Notes: generated by a model from the sequence alone, not told the origin. A stretch of 63,615 nt of DNA, filler included, from Hyphochytrium catenoides (GCA_900088475.1; 8 parts of 8 records of this genome joined end to end with filler, not necessarily neighbours in it), one strand, 5' to 3'. Numbered from the whole stretch's first letter, positions 13,100 to 24,820 are shown. Program-made: numbers and translations.

Positions 13100-13585
13100 A
13101 TAATTTTCAACCTGGATCTTTTTCACTCCTTGGGTCACTTCTTCTCCCAGGTAGGTAATAAGACATGTTGTCGCTGTACTGTATACGGAGTACAATCCAG
13201 CACCAACAAGGCTGTATTACTTACGGTTACCGGTCGTAGGGCCCGCGAAGAAGCTTCAGTTCAAACAAAGCATAAAAGAGACTTTGGAACAGACTCGCAG
13301 GAGCTATGAGCTTCGCTCAATGAGGCTCACTTCTTACTTCTTATACCTACGTGAGATCAGTGATTTCTATTGATTGATGAAGCTCGATCTGGATTGAAGC
13401 CGATAGAGAGTTCAGAGCTGAGGTCGTCGGTGCTGCTGGAAAGATATTATTGGGTGTCCTTGCTGTGTTAACGTGGACTTTGCTGTGGGCTGTCTTTCGG
13501 CGTCCTGAAGCCGAGGCCATTGAGGGAAGGGCGGTAGGTTGAGAGCGGTAAATTGCTCAGGCTTTGCTTCGCCAAGCTCATCAGC

Positions 13586-14121
13586 ATGGTGGGTGCAACC
13601 ACCGCCACCTTTCTTCACCTACCTCAGTGATCTCATATTACTCGCTTTCTAACGATTTGCAGACTAGCGACAGCATGTACCAGAGGGAAAGGTTGGGACT
13701 AATCAGTGAGATCACCTCGGTAAGCTTGCATTCTTTGAAACCCGTTAGCTTCTTGAGGTCTCAAACTAAGTTTGGAGGTTTCGTTCCTCTTCACTCCATT
13801 CTCTTACTCTCAGAATTTGGATGAAGTTCTCTCTACCTTCCAGCAACTCAATCGGAATCTAGAGCACCTAGCGGAAGTGGTAGGAGACATCAACAGCTTT
13901 CGCCTAGCTTATCGATTGCTTTCTGCGTTGTTCGTCGGTTGTTGCCCAGTCTGGCTGCTTTTACCATGGGCGCTATCTAATTGCCTTTTCACTTTTAGGG
14001 TCAAGGCTTCCAGAAACTTCCTGCCATTTGGTTGAGTGGCTCAGAAGAGTCTGCTTCCCTTTTCAGCAGAGAGGCAGAGTCCGGAACCCCTGACACAGCC
14101 ACTTCCATGAAGGCAAATTGA
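13586..14121 (+). CDS. DAD1: DASH/Dam1 kinetochore complex subunit Dad1-like; 4 exons (13586-13588, 13663-13719, 13814-13879, 13999-14121)
   Basis: Spliced product MTSDSMYQRERLGLISEITSNLDEVLSTFQQLNRNLEHLAEVGQGFQKLPAIW... fits the Dad1 pattern R..LI.EI...L..LNR.LE....VG..F.....W. All introns GT-AG, phase 0. Confidence 0.75.
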
Positions 14122-14408
14122 CAGCTTCCCAGCCTAAATGGCCCATCTTTCCTTATAATGCTGCTCACTGAGCCAAATAACTGGCAGATCGTGGGAAAGT
14201 AACCTGTGAGGTTTTACTTCGCCGTAGGGAATAATAACGGACATGGTGGTAAAGCTACGGAGCACACAGGGGCATATTGCATTCCAGAGATGATCCCAGC
14301 TACAGGAGCAGAAGGAAGAAGAAGCAGTAGCTGTGTTGCCAGATTACTAGCCCATGATCTGATCCCTGTCGTCCTTTCTATTTCCTCTCTCTTTCGTCCA
14401 TAATCTAT

Positions 14409-15614
14409 CTAAATATCGCCCAAGAAGAGCTGCCAGATCTTCTGCATAATCTCAAAGCTGGGGCTGAACATCTTCGTCATTCTTGTGCGCTCCTCATCCG
14501 CCATATAGGAGGTCGCCGTCTTGTACCGCATAAAAGATTGGATCTGGCAGTAGATGGAGAGCACACCGTTCATATACATATCGATGAACTGCTGCTCACT
14601 AATCTGCACGTCACTGCTCTGATAGTTGCCAGCGCAGACAAACATTATTCGAGGACAATGCGAGCCTGCGATAAACGTGTCCCCGCGGAAAAGGTTCCAC
14701 TCGTAGCGCGCTCTCTGCTGAATGATGAGGTCTTGCATGGCTGTAAAGCTGTTTACCACGACGTCTAGCATGCCGTTGATATCTATGCGTTTGTTCTGGA
14801 ACTCTTCTCTCTTGCTCTCAATAACACTGATCATCTTCTTCTCCTTGGGGATATCAGGATCGAAGTAAGCCATGTAGATGTGATTTTTTGTCAGCCATTC
14901 GTTGGAAGACACCAGCAGTCCGATCCCTCCTTCCGCTGGCAGCTCCTCAAGGGGAAAGCTGTTGATCAGAGCCCCATCGACGTACTTGTGCCCTTTGTAC
15001 TCGAACGGCTCAAAAATGCCGGGCACAGCGCAAGACATCCGAATTGCATCTACGACGGGAAGCTCTGGGTCTGTCTCAGGCGTGAACTTCCTAGGCCTCA
15101 TCGTGTCAATCTCAGTGGCCACTATAACGAGCTCCTTGCCGTACTTGGCTTTCACATCTCCCAGAGATACTCGGGCAGACCCTGTTCTGTCAGCGAGAAA
15201 CTTCCCGACGAACTGCTCGAGGAGCTTGTCAGGGCTCACACCGTTATTGCTAGTAAACCAAGTCACGCTAGAGGCGTGCTGTGAGAGATGGATGAGCTTG
15301 CCATAGTCCGAGTTCAGGCAGGTCTCGAAGCACTCATCAGCGTTCATCCCCACAGCCAGCGCGGCCGCAAGAATGGACCCTACCGAGGTGCCTGCAAGCT
15401 TCGTCAGCTTGCTAAGGTCCAGCCCGTGCTCCTGCAACACTTGAAGCGCACCGCAGTAAGCAGCACCAAGCATACCTCCGCCACCGAAAGCTATGGCCGT
15501 GGTCTCCTTGATTTGCTCATCAAAGATCGAGCAATATGGGTCTACCTGCGCCATCACGCTGCAGACATGGTCAAAGACCTCCTGTCTGGACGTCTTCTTG
15601 AGCATCGCGGCCAT
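14409..15614 (-). CDS. Patatin-like phospholipase
   Basis: GGGGMLG oxyanion loop, GTSVG nucleophile elbow and YVDGA catalytic Asp in a 401-aa uninterrupted ORF. A short 5' exon starting at ATG 15726 is possible. Confidence 0.9.
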   Translation of the reverse strand: MAAMLKKTSRQEVFDHVCSVMAQVDPYCSIFDEQIKETTAIAFGGGGMLGAAYCGALQVLQEHGLDLSKLTKLAGTSVGSILAAALAVGMNADECFETCLNSDYGKLIHLSQHASSVTWFTSNNGVSPDKLLEQFVGKFLADRTGSARVSLGDVKAKYGKELVIVATEIDTMRPRKFTPETDPELPVVDAIRMSCAVPGIFEPFEYKGHKYVDGALINSFPLEELPAEGGIGLLVSSNEWLTKNHIYMAYFDPDIPKEKKMISVIESKREEFQNKRIDINGMLDVVVNSFTAMQDLIIQQRARYEWNLFRGDTFIAGSHCPRIMFVCAGNYQSSDVQISEQQFIDMYMNGVLSIYCQIQSFMRYKTATSYMADEERTRMTKMFSPSFEIMQKIWQLFLGDI

Positions 15615-16180
15615 TTTATCAAGGAAGTAAGCAGCTTAAACCAAAGATCACGCTCTATGCAGCGTCCTCCAAAAGCCGACCTCCACAATGAAGAGTACCT
15701 TCTGTTCTTGAGGATCTCGCGACCATCCTTCGCACTCAAGGTGACTGCCTCATGCCACAACCTTCTTGTTTGTCCCCTGAAGGCTCCTGCAGCTTCACAG
15801 GGTGGAGCCGTTATCGCTGACTTCAACGTCCATTCCAAGCCTCTTCAAGCTTCAATAATAGAGTCTCAAGCACCATGAGGAGGCGGAAGCGACCTAACAA
15901 GGAGACAGTCAGCGCGAGAGAAGGCGCTGCAGCACTTGACAGTTGAGGATGATGAAGCGCCTCAGAAAATTAGCGACAACAGATGATGGCGGGATCTAGA
16001 CGAGAACATACCCAGATAGCCCATATAGCTAACCCTTATGATTGTAGGTATCTATCGAAATCTTTCTTTGTCATAATAGGTGAATAATTGTACTCTGTCA
16101 CATAAATGGGTTTTCATGCTGCTTGTTGGGTCATTACTGGGATGGTTCTTTTCTATGGGCCTTCCCTTTTCCACTTTTCC

Positions 16181-16222
<42 letters not shown>

Positions 16223-16271
16223 GTCTCTCTCTCTGTCTCTCTGTCTCTCTGTCTCTCTCTCTGTCTCTCTG

Positions 16272-16319
<48 letters not shown>

Positions 16320-16509
16320 CTCTCTCTCTCTCTCTCTTTCTCTCTCTCACACACAGTTAATTTTCTCTGTCTCTGTCTATCTTTGTCCCTGTCTCTCTTT
16401 TGTTTCTGTGTCTCTCGCTCTGTCGTGTCTCTGTCTTTGTCCCTGTCTCTCAGTCTCTGTCTCTGTCTCTACTGTCTCTCTGTCTCTGTCTCTGTCTCTC
16501 TTTCAGCTG

Positions 16510-16548
<39 letters not shown>

Positions 16549-16751
16549 CCCTCGCTCTCGAACTTCTTTGATTCCAAAAGGTGTTTCCTTTTCTACAGTA
16601 CCCTCTATCTTTCCTTTCTTCCAGCTTCCTGCTCTTCTCTCCTCCGAGCTTCGCTTCGCCAAACCAAAGCTCGAAAGGAAGCAGCGTGTCCCATCCTGGG
16701 AAAGGACATCAAACTATCGGACCCACGTTCACTAGCATAAAGAGAGGAAAA

Positions 16752-16784
<33 letters not shown>

Positions 16785-16923
16785 CGGACAGGATAAGAGA
16801 GAGAGAGACAGAAGAAGAGAGAAGAATAGATCCTCCTCGTCCAAGAGAGACAGGTAAATCCTGGTTAGATCTAAGAGAACGAAGGCTCAAGCGAAGATTG
16901 TCTCGCCGTTCGTGTTCAGAGCG

Positions 16924-17102
16924 ATGAAGCACGATATCTGGCGCAACCGCGTCTGCAAGGAAGTGAAGGCGGGTCACGGAGAGCCAGCGGCGATCCTTGC
17001 CCTTCCTGAAGGCAAGCGAGCGCCATCTCATGCTCTCCCTGCTATCCTCTTTGCGTCTCCTCTCGACGGGTCTGATTACAAGCGTTCTTCTGGCTTTCTC
17101 TT

Positions 17103-17133
<31 letters not shown>

Positions 17134-17286
17134 GTCTCTCTCTGTCTCTCTCTTTGTAACTCTCTCTCTCTTGCCTTCTCTTGTTGTCTCTCTCTCTTAA
17201 GGCAAGCAAGCGCCATCTCATGCTCTCGCTGCTCTCCTCTTTGCGTCTCCTCTCGACGCCGGGTCTGATTACAAGCGTTCTTCTAC

Positions 17287-17335
<49 letters not shown>

Positions 17336-20300
17336 TCTGGCTCTCTCTCTGGCTCTCTCTCTGTCTCTCTCTCTCTCTCTCCTTCTCTTGTTGCCTCTAT
17401 CTCTCTTCTCTTCATCTCTGGAGGTCTTATCACTCTCCCTCGTGATAGCGCGCACTCTCCCCTTGTCTCCCTCAGGGCTCCTTACCGCCTCTGCTTTGCC
17501 AACTCACCACGTTCTTCCTCATCTCGCTGCAGGGATCTCTGTGGACAGCGCGGAAGTGTTGGAAGAGGAAGGGAAGGCCTGCCTGCGGCTGTCATGCTTT
17601 ATCCCTCTACCTAAAGATTCTCAGGCACTGCAGATGATTCCGCGGTGGGTCTCAGATGGAGAGAGGGAGAAAGTCTCCTTCAGCAAGCTCTATAGCGACT
17701 GCCAATCTCCGTAGCCCTAATGGGGGAAAGCAAGGGAGCGAGAGAGAGGAAAAGATAGAGGAACCAGAGAGAGAGAGAGAGAGAAACACGGAGAGGGATA
17801 GGCGCACACAGAGAGAGAGAGGAGACAGAGAGAGAGAGAGGAAGAGGAAGAGAGAGACAAAGACAGAGACGGTTAATGGAGAGAGTAGATGGAAGACAAA
17901 ACAAACAGAAAGAAAACGTCTGTCGCCCCGCCGCTCGTCCTTTTCACGTCTCTCTCTCTCGGCCTCTTTCGCGCTTTCTCTCTCTCTCTCTTCCTTGTAC
18001 GGATGGCTAGCCCTCAATCTCTCTCCCCGTCTCTTTCTCTTCCTAAGTGACTCATGCTGTCCTCGCTGCTCTCCTTTTGGTGCGCTGCAGTATTCTGCTA
18101 GAGATTACCGCGGATCGATCGACGGGCTATCCCTTCAGTCCTCCTCAAGTCGTTATCAAAGAAGGAAAAGAGCTACTCGAGCCTTCTCTCCTAGGGAGAG
18201 ACGGACAAGGGCTTTCCCTCCGCTGCCTTGAGGAATGGACACCATCGACCACCATCGCAAAGATAATGGCCGAGTTCGTAGAGGAGGTGCAAAAGGTAAG
18301 AAAGAAGGGGAATAAAGGTAAAGAAAGAGAGAGAGAGAGAGAGAGAGACAAACACACAGAGAGAGAAAGAAGAGAGAAAGTACGGCCACAGAAGCTTGGG
18401 ATGGAGTCAGTCGCAGCTGTAAGAAGTATCCTCACCAGGGAACCTAAGAGACAAAGCTGCATAAGATACTGAGCAGGTAGCGACAGGGTTCGAGCAGGGA
18501 ACAAGCATTTCGGAAGGGGAATTCTCTATCCGGGGCTTCCAAAAGATAGAGAGGGAGAGAGTAGATCGACAGGCAGGCTCCAGATGCAGCTCTCGCATGG
18601 AAGGCTCTCTCTTTCTGGCAAATCTTTTCTTCAGGAGCTTAGCTTGGCTCGTTCTCAGTTGCTGCTTCCCGGTTTGCCTACCACTCTCTTTACAGGGCGA
18701 TGCTCGGACGTCTGCGCCCAGCCAGCATCAAGGGGAAGGAGGGAGAAGGAAGAGTGGCAGTAAGGCTCGAGATCTGCAACAGCTTGAAGACTTCCCTAAG
18801 TTTGCTTGCAGAACGGGAGATGAAGACCAGATTCGGTGCAGCAAGCTCTTCTTTCTTTCTGTTCTAAAGGCTGCCTAAGCGGTGCTCTTCTCCCTGTCCC
18901 CTCGATGCTCTTTCTTCGAATTCTTTCGGATCCAAGGGACAAACTATACTCTTCTCTGCTTGCCTCTCTCTTGGGCGCGTCGTGGGCACCTCTCCTAACG
19001 TTGTCGTCCCTCTGGCCTCAGATATCTCATTATTGGGCACTCCACGTTTGCGCTGGCGAAGGTGGTAGACGCGGAGCAGGCAGACCGAGGGCGAGCGCTA
19101 GAGATTTTGGTGGGCTACCTCCTCTTCCTGTTGTCTCTCTATCTGCTGGCATCTGGTCCATCCTTAGCGTCAAGTGACAGTTGGAAGACTGATCGCGTCT
19201 TTTCCTTCTCTCTTTCTCCTCGGGCGCTCTTCTTGTCCGTTTCCCCTGCTTGGCAGTGGCTGAGAGAGTTGATGGACGTGATGCGGATAACGGTGCAAGA
19301 GAATGAGTCCATCACGTTTGAATTCAAGGACCAGGTAAGAATGGGAGAGCTGAGGTAGAGCGAGACAGAGTGCCAAAGACTTACCTTTGTCTCTTTCTTC
19401 CTTCTCTCTTACGCCTCCGTTTGTCTTTTGCCCGTCCACTTAGTCCCCTATGATTGTCCGTATGGACTCTACCTCGGAGGCTTTGGAGGTGATGAGAGAA
19501 CGGATGTCTTCCCTGGGGAAGAATGAGTCTTCTTCCGCCGACGGGTTGAGCAGCTTGCAGGAAGCTGTCGGAAGGACATGGGACCAAATGAAACCCTCGC
19601 TAGAAGAGGCGAAAGAGGTGAGTCCTGTCTTACACCTTCTTTCTGCCTTCAGTTCTATTCTCTCTCTCTCTCTCTCTCTCTCTGTGTCGCTCTCTCTCTC
19701 TCTCTTTCTCTCTTCCGTAGGCTGACGATATCTCATCTCGTTCCCGCTCAATGGTCCTATCACATGTTGGACCTCCTTCTTCGCCGTAGTTTTCCAAGTC
19801 TGTCTATCAGAAGGTGGTCTCCGATGCTGGGAAGCCCATATCCTCTCTTCTCCAGTACTTCTCTGCCTCCTCGTCTTCCCCTTCCGCCGCACAGGCGGGG
19901 CCACGGCGGCCCTCAGTGAACTTGGAAGAAGAGCTCTCGGTGATCAATCAAATGGAACAACACGTGGAGCTGGAGCCGAATGTGGAGACGGTAGGTTAGC
20001 TGAAGAGACTCCATATGGCTCTTCCTCTATGGTCTGCTCCTCAAATACTCTGTCCTTTAGGGTACGGGGCATAAATAGCTCTGTCCTCCTCTTCCTTTAT
20101 GGTTACTATCGTCTCCGCTCTCCCTGTCGCGCGTGTGCTCTCTTAGCGGTCTAGCATTATCATTCCTAGCTCCATTGTGCTGGTCCATAGCCTACGTCTC
20201 CCATGTATTAAGGGTCTACATACACAGGTGCGGGAGGTCATGTCTCTCTATCAAGAGCTGGCGGAGAAGCTCAGCGAAGTAGATGATCCTCGACATCGCG

Positions 20301-20365
20301 AGGTTGTGACAGCGCTGCATGAGTTCCTGCGCCGGCCCTCTGTGGAGCGGCTGCTCCAGACATAG
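16924..20365 (+). CDS. Multi-exon protein with N-terminal E2/UEV-like domain, possible PH-like middle region and helical C-terminus
   Basis: RNRVCKEVK...LPEGISV, then GYPFSPP and LSLRCLEEWTPSTTIAKIM (E2-fold motifs). GC-AG intron 17012-17532 and GT-AG introns 17711-18090 and 18296-18695; last exon VREVMSLYQELAEKLS...RPSVERLLQT*. Confidence 0.7.
17009..17284 (+). repeat. ~85-bp direct duplication (17009-17091 / 17199-17284) that includes the GC splice donor
   Basis: aaggcaagc...ctgattacaagcgttcttct occurs twice, separated by CT microsatellite. Confidence 0.9.
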
Positions 20366-20677
20366 AGCAAGATGAACGCTGCTCTCTAATCTACTCTTTT
20401 GTCTCGTGCATCCCTTTATTTATGTTAACGAGCTGTCGCTCGCATCTCCCACTTTCTCTCTCACTCAATCACTTACATATCTCGCCTATCTCTACCTCCC
20501 CATTCGCTCTTTACTGGCCTCTAAGACGAACACATTACCCAGACATCCGCTCTGTATATCTCTCTCCTTCTGGTGCCCCGCCGCAGACACCATCAACAGT
20601 GAGGTGTGTCCCAGTGCCGACGAAGTTTCTAACAGATCTTGATCCATAAACCCCATAAAACAAATGCTTGTTTGCCT

Positions 20678-21780
20678 CTACTCGTGCTTGTGCCCGCCGC
20701 TGCGACTCATGTGCTCCAGCAGTGACCGCGCCTGTGGAAAGATGACGTGGCCCCAGTTCTCCTCTGTATGGCGGACAATGTAAGAGAGATAGGTCAGAAA
20801 GAGACAGGAAAGAAGGAGAGGGATGTTGGGCCGCAAGGGACGAGACTGGCCGAAAAAAGGGATAACAAGAGGAAGAACTTATGCGAGCCGCAGACTAAAC
20901 AAGCGCTGTCACCTACCAGGACGTAATCTCTGCGCCTCCGATTGAATGGCATTGATCTCCTGCTGCAGGACTTGCTATAGAGGACAGAGGGAAGCCATAG
21001 GAAGCATGGGGATAGACAGGAGAGAAAATGGAAAAGTTAGTGAGAGAAGAATGTCATTGAGATGGGTAGCCATTGCATGCTTTTCTCCACCCATTTGCCT
21101 ATCTCTCCGGTTTCCTATCATTATTACCTCTGCCTCCAACAGACTATTGAAGACGCTATCCCTAATCATATTCTTGGACCGAAGTTTCCACATCCCATTG
21201 TGATCTGACTGAATGCGCTGCACCAAGGGCAGGACAGCCATCGCGCGCTTCATCAGCGCAGCAGCAAGGGCTTTTCTGTGTATGACAGGATCACCGCATC
21301 AGTGGGCGGCAGGAGAAGAGTGAAGCGTGAGAGCAAATACAGGGCATTAACAGGTCAGCATAGAGCATGTAGTCAAGCACATTAGAAAGGCACAGAGACA
21401 CAAAAGGGAGACAGCAACAAAGAGAAGAACAAGAGAACCAGTCAGGCAGAGTTCGGACAAGGAAGAACAGGTCAAGCTAAGGACGAAGGGAACTCGCCGA
21501 TTAGCAAACGACCAAAGGACCGTGAAAGTAGGAACGATTCAAGGGATAGGGCCCCCACTCACTTGTCTTCGGCACTGTTCAGGTCTTTCGACTTCCTGAG
21601 CTCAAGATACTCCGCCGTCTCGGCAGGTAGGCTGAAATTGTAGTGGTTCTGCATGATATCAAAGTACGTATCCGACCCAGTCTTCTGTTTTCTGCCGGAT
21701 GAAAGCTGGTAGGCCACGGTCGCAAGGAGGCCTAAGCTAACAATTGCCACCAGCAACGTAATAAGGGTGATCTCCTCCAT
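20678..21780 (-). CDS. SEC66: ER translocon subunit Sec66/Sec71-like; 4 exons (21780-21563, 21275-21128, 20974-20917, 20763-20678)
   Basis: N-terminal signal-anchor, then AALMKRAM..L..I...K..I.D..F..L..AE..L..EI..I..EAQRLRPEENWGHVIFPQA, matching the Sec66 motif ALL.RA...EA......WG..IF. Canonical GT-AG introns with consistent phases. Confidence 0.8.
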
Positions 21781-22299
21781 CTTTTCTAAGGAGAAGGTCT
21801 CCTGAGTTGGAATTGATTCGACTTGGAGAGAGATAAACCCAGAGAATGGTGCTGGCTTTAGGTCTAGCCACAAGGTGAGGGTGAAGTAGCTAAGCTCGGT
21901 GGGAGGCGTTGAGAACAGTTCGTTTCACAGGTTGCAGAGGTTGAAGCCTTCTTTCAGTGTGAAGCAACCGCTCTCTCCACGCTCATTTAGAGCTCAAGAA
22001 TCAGAAGCATCAATCTCTAGGCGTGCTGTACGCAGATCTGCAGCTGGTCTGCAGTCTTCATCGAACCTCCTCTGTCATCGCAGACGAACTACACGCGGCA
22101 GATACCGCGGCACTCTATTTCTACTGGTTATCGGACTCTAACTATTATTTAGCCGAGAAAGTATCATCAGAAAAGCCAGGTGGGAATCGCAAGTCGGATC
22201 AATCAAGATGATAATCAGGCTTAGTGATTCTCTTTTGAGTTTTCTTTCAGCCATCCAATCATACAATGCAAAAGGTTTCTATCCCTCCCGAGTTCCCTC

Positions 22300-22720
22300 G
22301 ACTTGAGAAGCTCAAGCATAGCTTTGTCCCAGGCATATTTCTTGCTCTTTATACAAGCTCTTCGTGGGCTGTGCAATGGAAGAGCTTGCTTGGCATTATT
22401 GGATATAGCGTCCACCATTTGGAAGTGCGAACCCCAGCGCGGAGCTCCTGGAGCCTTTGTGGACTCTTTGCAGATTCAACATCGTTTGTAGCCATGGCCC
22501 TTTCAAGCGACATCGCTGAATCTGAAAAGAAGAGTTGAATCTGAAAAGAGTCCACAAAGATTCCAGGAGCTCCGCGCTGGGGCTCGCGCTTCCAAATGGT
22601 GGACGCTATTTCCAATTCCAAGCAAGCTCTTCATTACCTCATATTCACAGCCAACGAAGAGCTAAAGAGCAAGAAGAAATATGCCTGGGACAAAGCTATG
22701 CTTGAGCTTCTTCTCAAGTC
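22300..22720. repeat. Imperfect inverted repeat (arms 22300-22480 and 22534-22720, 53-nt loop) of hAT transposase sequence
   Basis: gacttgagaag...cagattcaac pairs with gttgaatctg...ttctcaagtc; both arms encode PGAPRWGS.FQMVDAISN. Confidence 0.93.
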
Positions 22721-23660
22721 TGACGAAATCTGGGATGCTTTGCCCTATGGTTCTGGGCGAAGTTCGACAAGATTCTTGACAAGTTCTTCCAAAGCGATGT
22801 CCCAACCCTTGGAGATGTTCTCTCAGTTATAAAGTCTATTCGTCACGGCGTCATCTTCAACTGCTTTTGGAAAAAGGGGTATTGCTGAAAATGACAGAGC
22901 AGTAGTACTCTTTAAATAATAAGCGCAGGAAGGTCACAGGCAAGTGTCTGGAACAGCGCCGCCTTAAAGAGCGGCTGAACATGATGAGATGTGACGAAGT
23001 CTTTCTGGCAGACTTGCTTCATCCAAAGCACATGGGCAAGGATCTCACGGCGACACAGTACAATGAGGCGAAGGACTTTCCTAAGAAGATCATCCTAAAG
23101 AACGACGATGAAGTGCTCTTTGAGAAGGTAACCAATCAGCTCAATTGCTTCCAGCAGCGGCTTGATGAGTTTTCTGCACCCGAGATATGGCGCCATGGAG
23201 ATTATTGCTGCGGCAGAGTGGTGGCTCCTTCTTCCACAGTTCATCAGCTGCAAGTTTGTAGAGCTGAGACAGGTGACAATATAGAGCATTCACAGGCCTC
23301 TTGATAATGAATGACTCTCTTCTGCCTTCGCTCTGCCTCCTTCTGTCGCTAGATTGCAATGAAGATTCTGTCAATTCCTTCGTCTGCGGCTTCATCAGCA
23401 GAGCGGTTGGTGCTGGAGCAACTTGGGCTTCATCCACAGCAAAAGGAGAAATCGCTTGTTGGGCAAACGTGCCATAAAAGTTGGGCTACATTTACATGAA
23501 TACGCAGTGTAAAGATTGTTCAGAAGTCTGACAGGGCCAACTCTGGAACAATGAGGAGGCGGAGGAGAAAGAGAGCCACAATAAGAGTCAAGTGACCGTC
23601 ATTGCGACCGCGACCGGTCACTTACTATCCACTGCGACCGGTCAATTTTTAAAATCCCTG
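22534..23660 (+). mobile_element. Decayed hAT DNA transposon (transposase 3' half plus probable right end)
   Basis: PRWGS..M ('TRW'-type motif), LADLLHP, EWW, intron 23273-23352, then IAMKILSIPSSAASSAER / WSNLGFIHSKRRNRL / YIYMN (hAT C-terminal dimerisation domain) with frameshifts. GACCGGTC subterminal motifs and end ...TTTTTAAAATCCCTG. Confidence 0.85.
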
Positions 23661-23973
23661 GATCCCTGTTACAAAACCACACTTTGTACTTGTAAATTCT
23701 TCATTATAAGTAGTTCTACTTGGTTTTTTATAACTGGAATAAATAAGTAGGGAGTATCAACCAACTATGGGCACACAAGATCAAGATACTACTTGTACTA
23801 CTTGTACGAACTACTTAAGGTACTTGTGCCTCCTCATATCATAACTGTCCAGGTAGAACTTAATTATCTGTCACCATTCTACCGTACTTGGTACTTGAAC
23901 GGAACTGAAAGGACACTTCCACTACTGTTTTAGGGAGCAACAACTCTATATTGTCAGTGTTAGCTCCTCGAGA

Positions 23974-24043
<70 letters not shown>

Positions 24044-24820
24044 GTCACGCGCTCTCTCTCTCTCTGTCTGTCACGCACTCTCTCTCTCTGTCTGTCACGC
24101 GCTCTCTCTCTCTCTGCGCCTGTCTGTCGTTTTGCTCCCTGTCTACCTGTCTCTCTCTCATCCTTCTCTCTCTTTTCTGTCTTTCTTTTCCTTCCTTCCT
24201 TCCTTCCTTCCTCTTCTCCTCTCTCTCTTCCTTCGTTGCTCTCTTTATTCCTCCTCCTTTCTCTCTCGTTGCCGCGCCTTTTACTTCTTCTTCCTGTGCT
24301 TCCATGTTCCTTCCGCCCTGGTCGTAGCCTTGATGGCATGCTCTTGGTCTTTTCTCTTCAATGTCCTGCTGACCAGCGGCTTGTTCTTCATCTGCTTCTT
24401 TCGCTGTCAAGGTGCCCGAGCCTGCGCAGCCCTTTGCATCCTGCTCTTCATCTGCACAGAAGAGAGGAAACTGCGTACTCTTGCTTCGAAGTGAAGCTCG
24501 TCCGCCAGCATCTACCACCACAGACGGCTTACATCCTTTGCCTTCTCAATAGCTCTGGGCTCTCTTCTGTAGGTTCTCAGTTGTCTGCCACTTGCCGCTC
24601 TCGCGGGTAGCTTCTCTTCTTGAATAGGACGGACATCGGAGTCTCTTCGCTCTCAGTAATAGTTCCAAAAGACCCAGCGAGTCAGAGACGAGAGGACTAC
24701 ATGGGGTGTGGAAGTACTTTTCTGTCATTCTGACGTTAATGCAGAAGTGAAGCCTTGAAAGAGGAAAACCTCCTGCCAGTTCCCCCAGGGTACATCTCCT
24801 CTCCCGCACCGCGACGGAAG

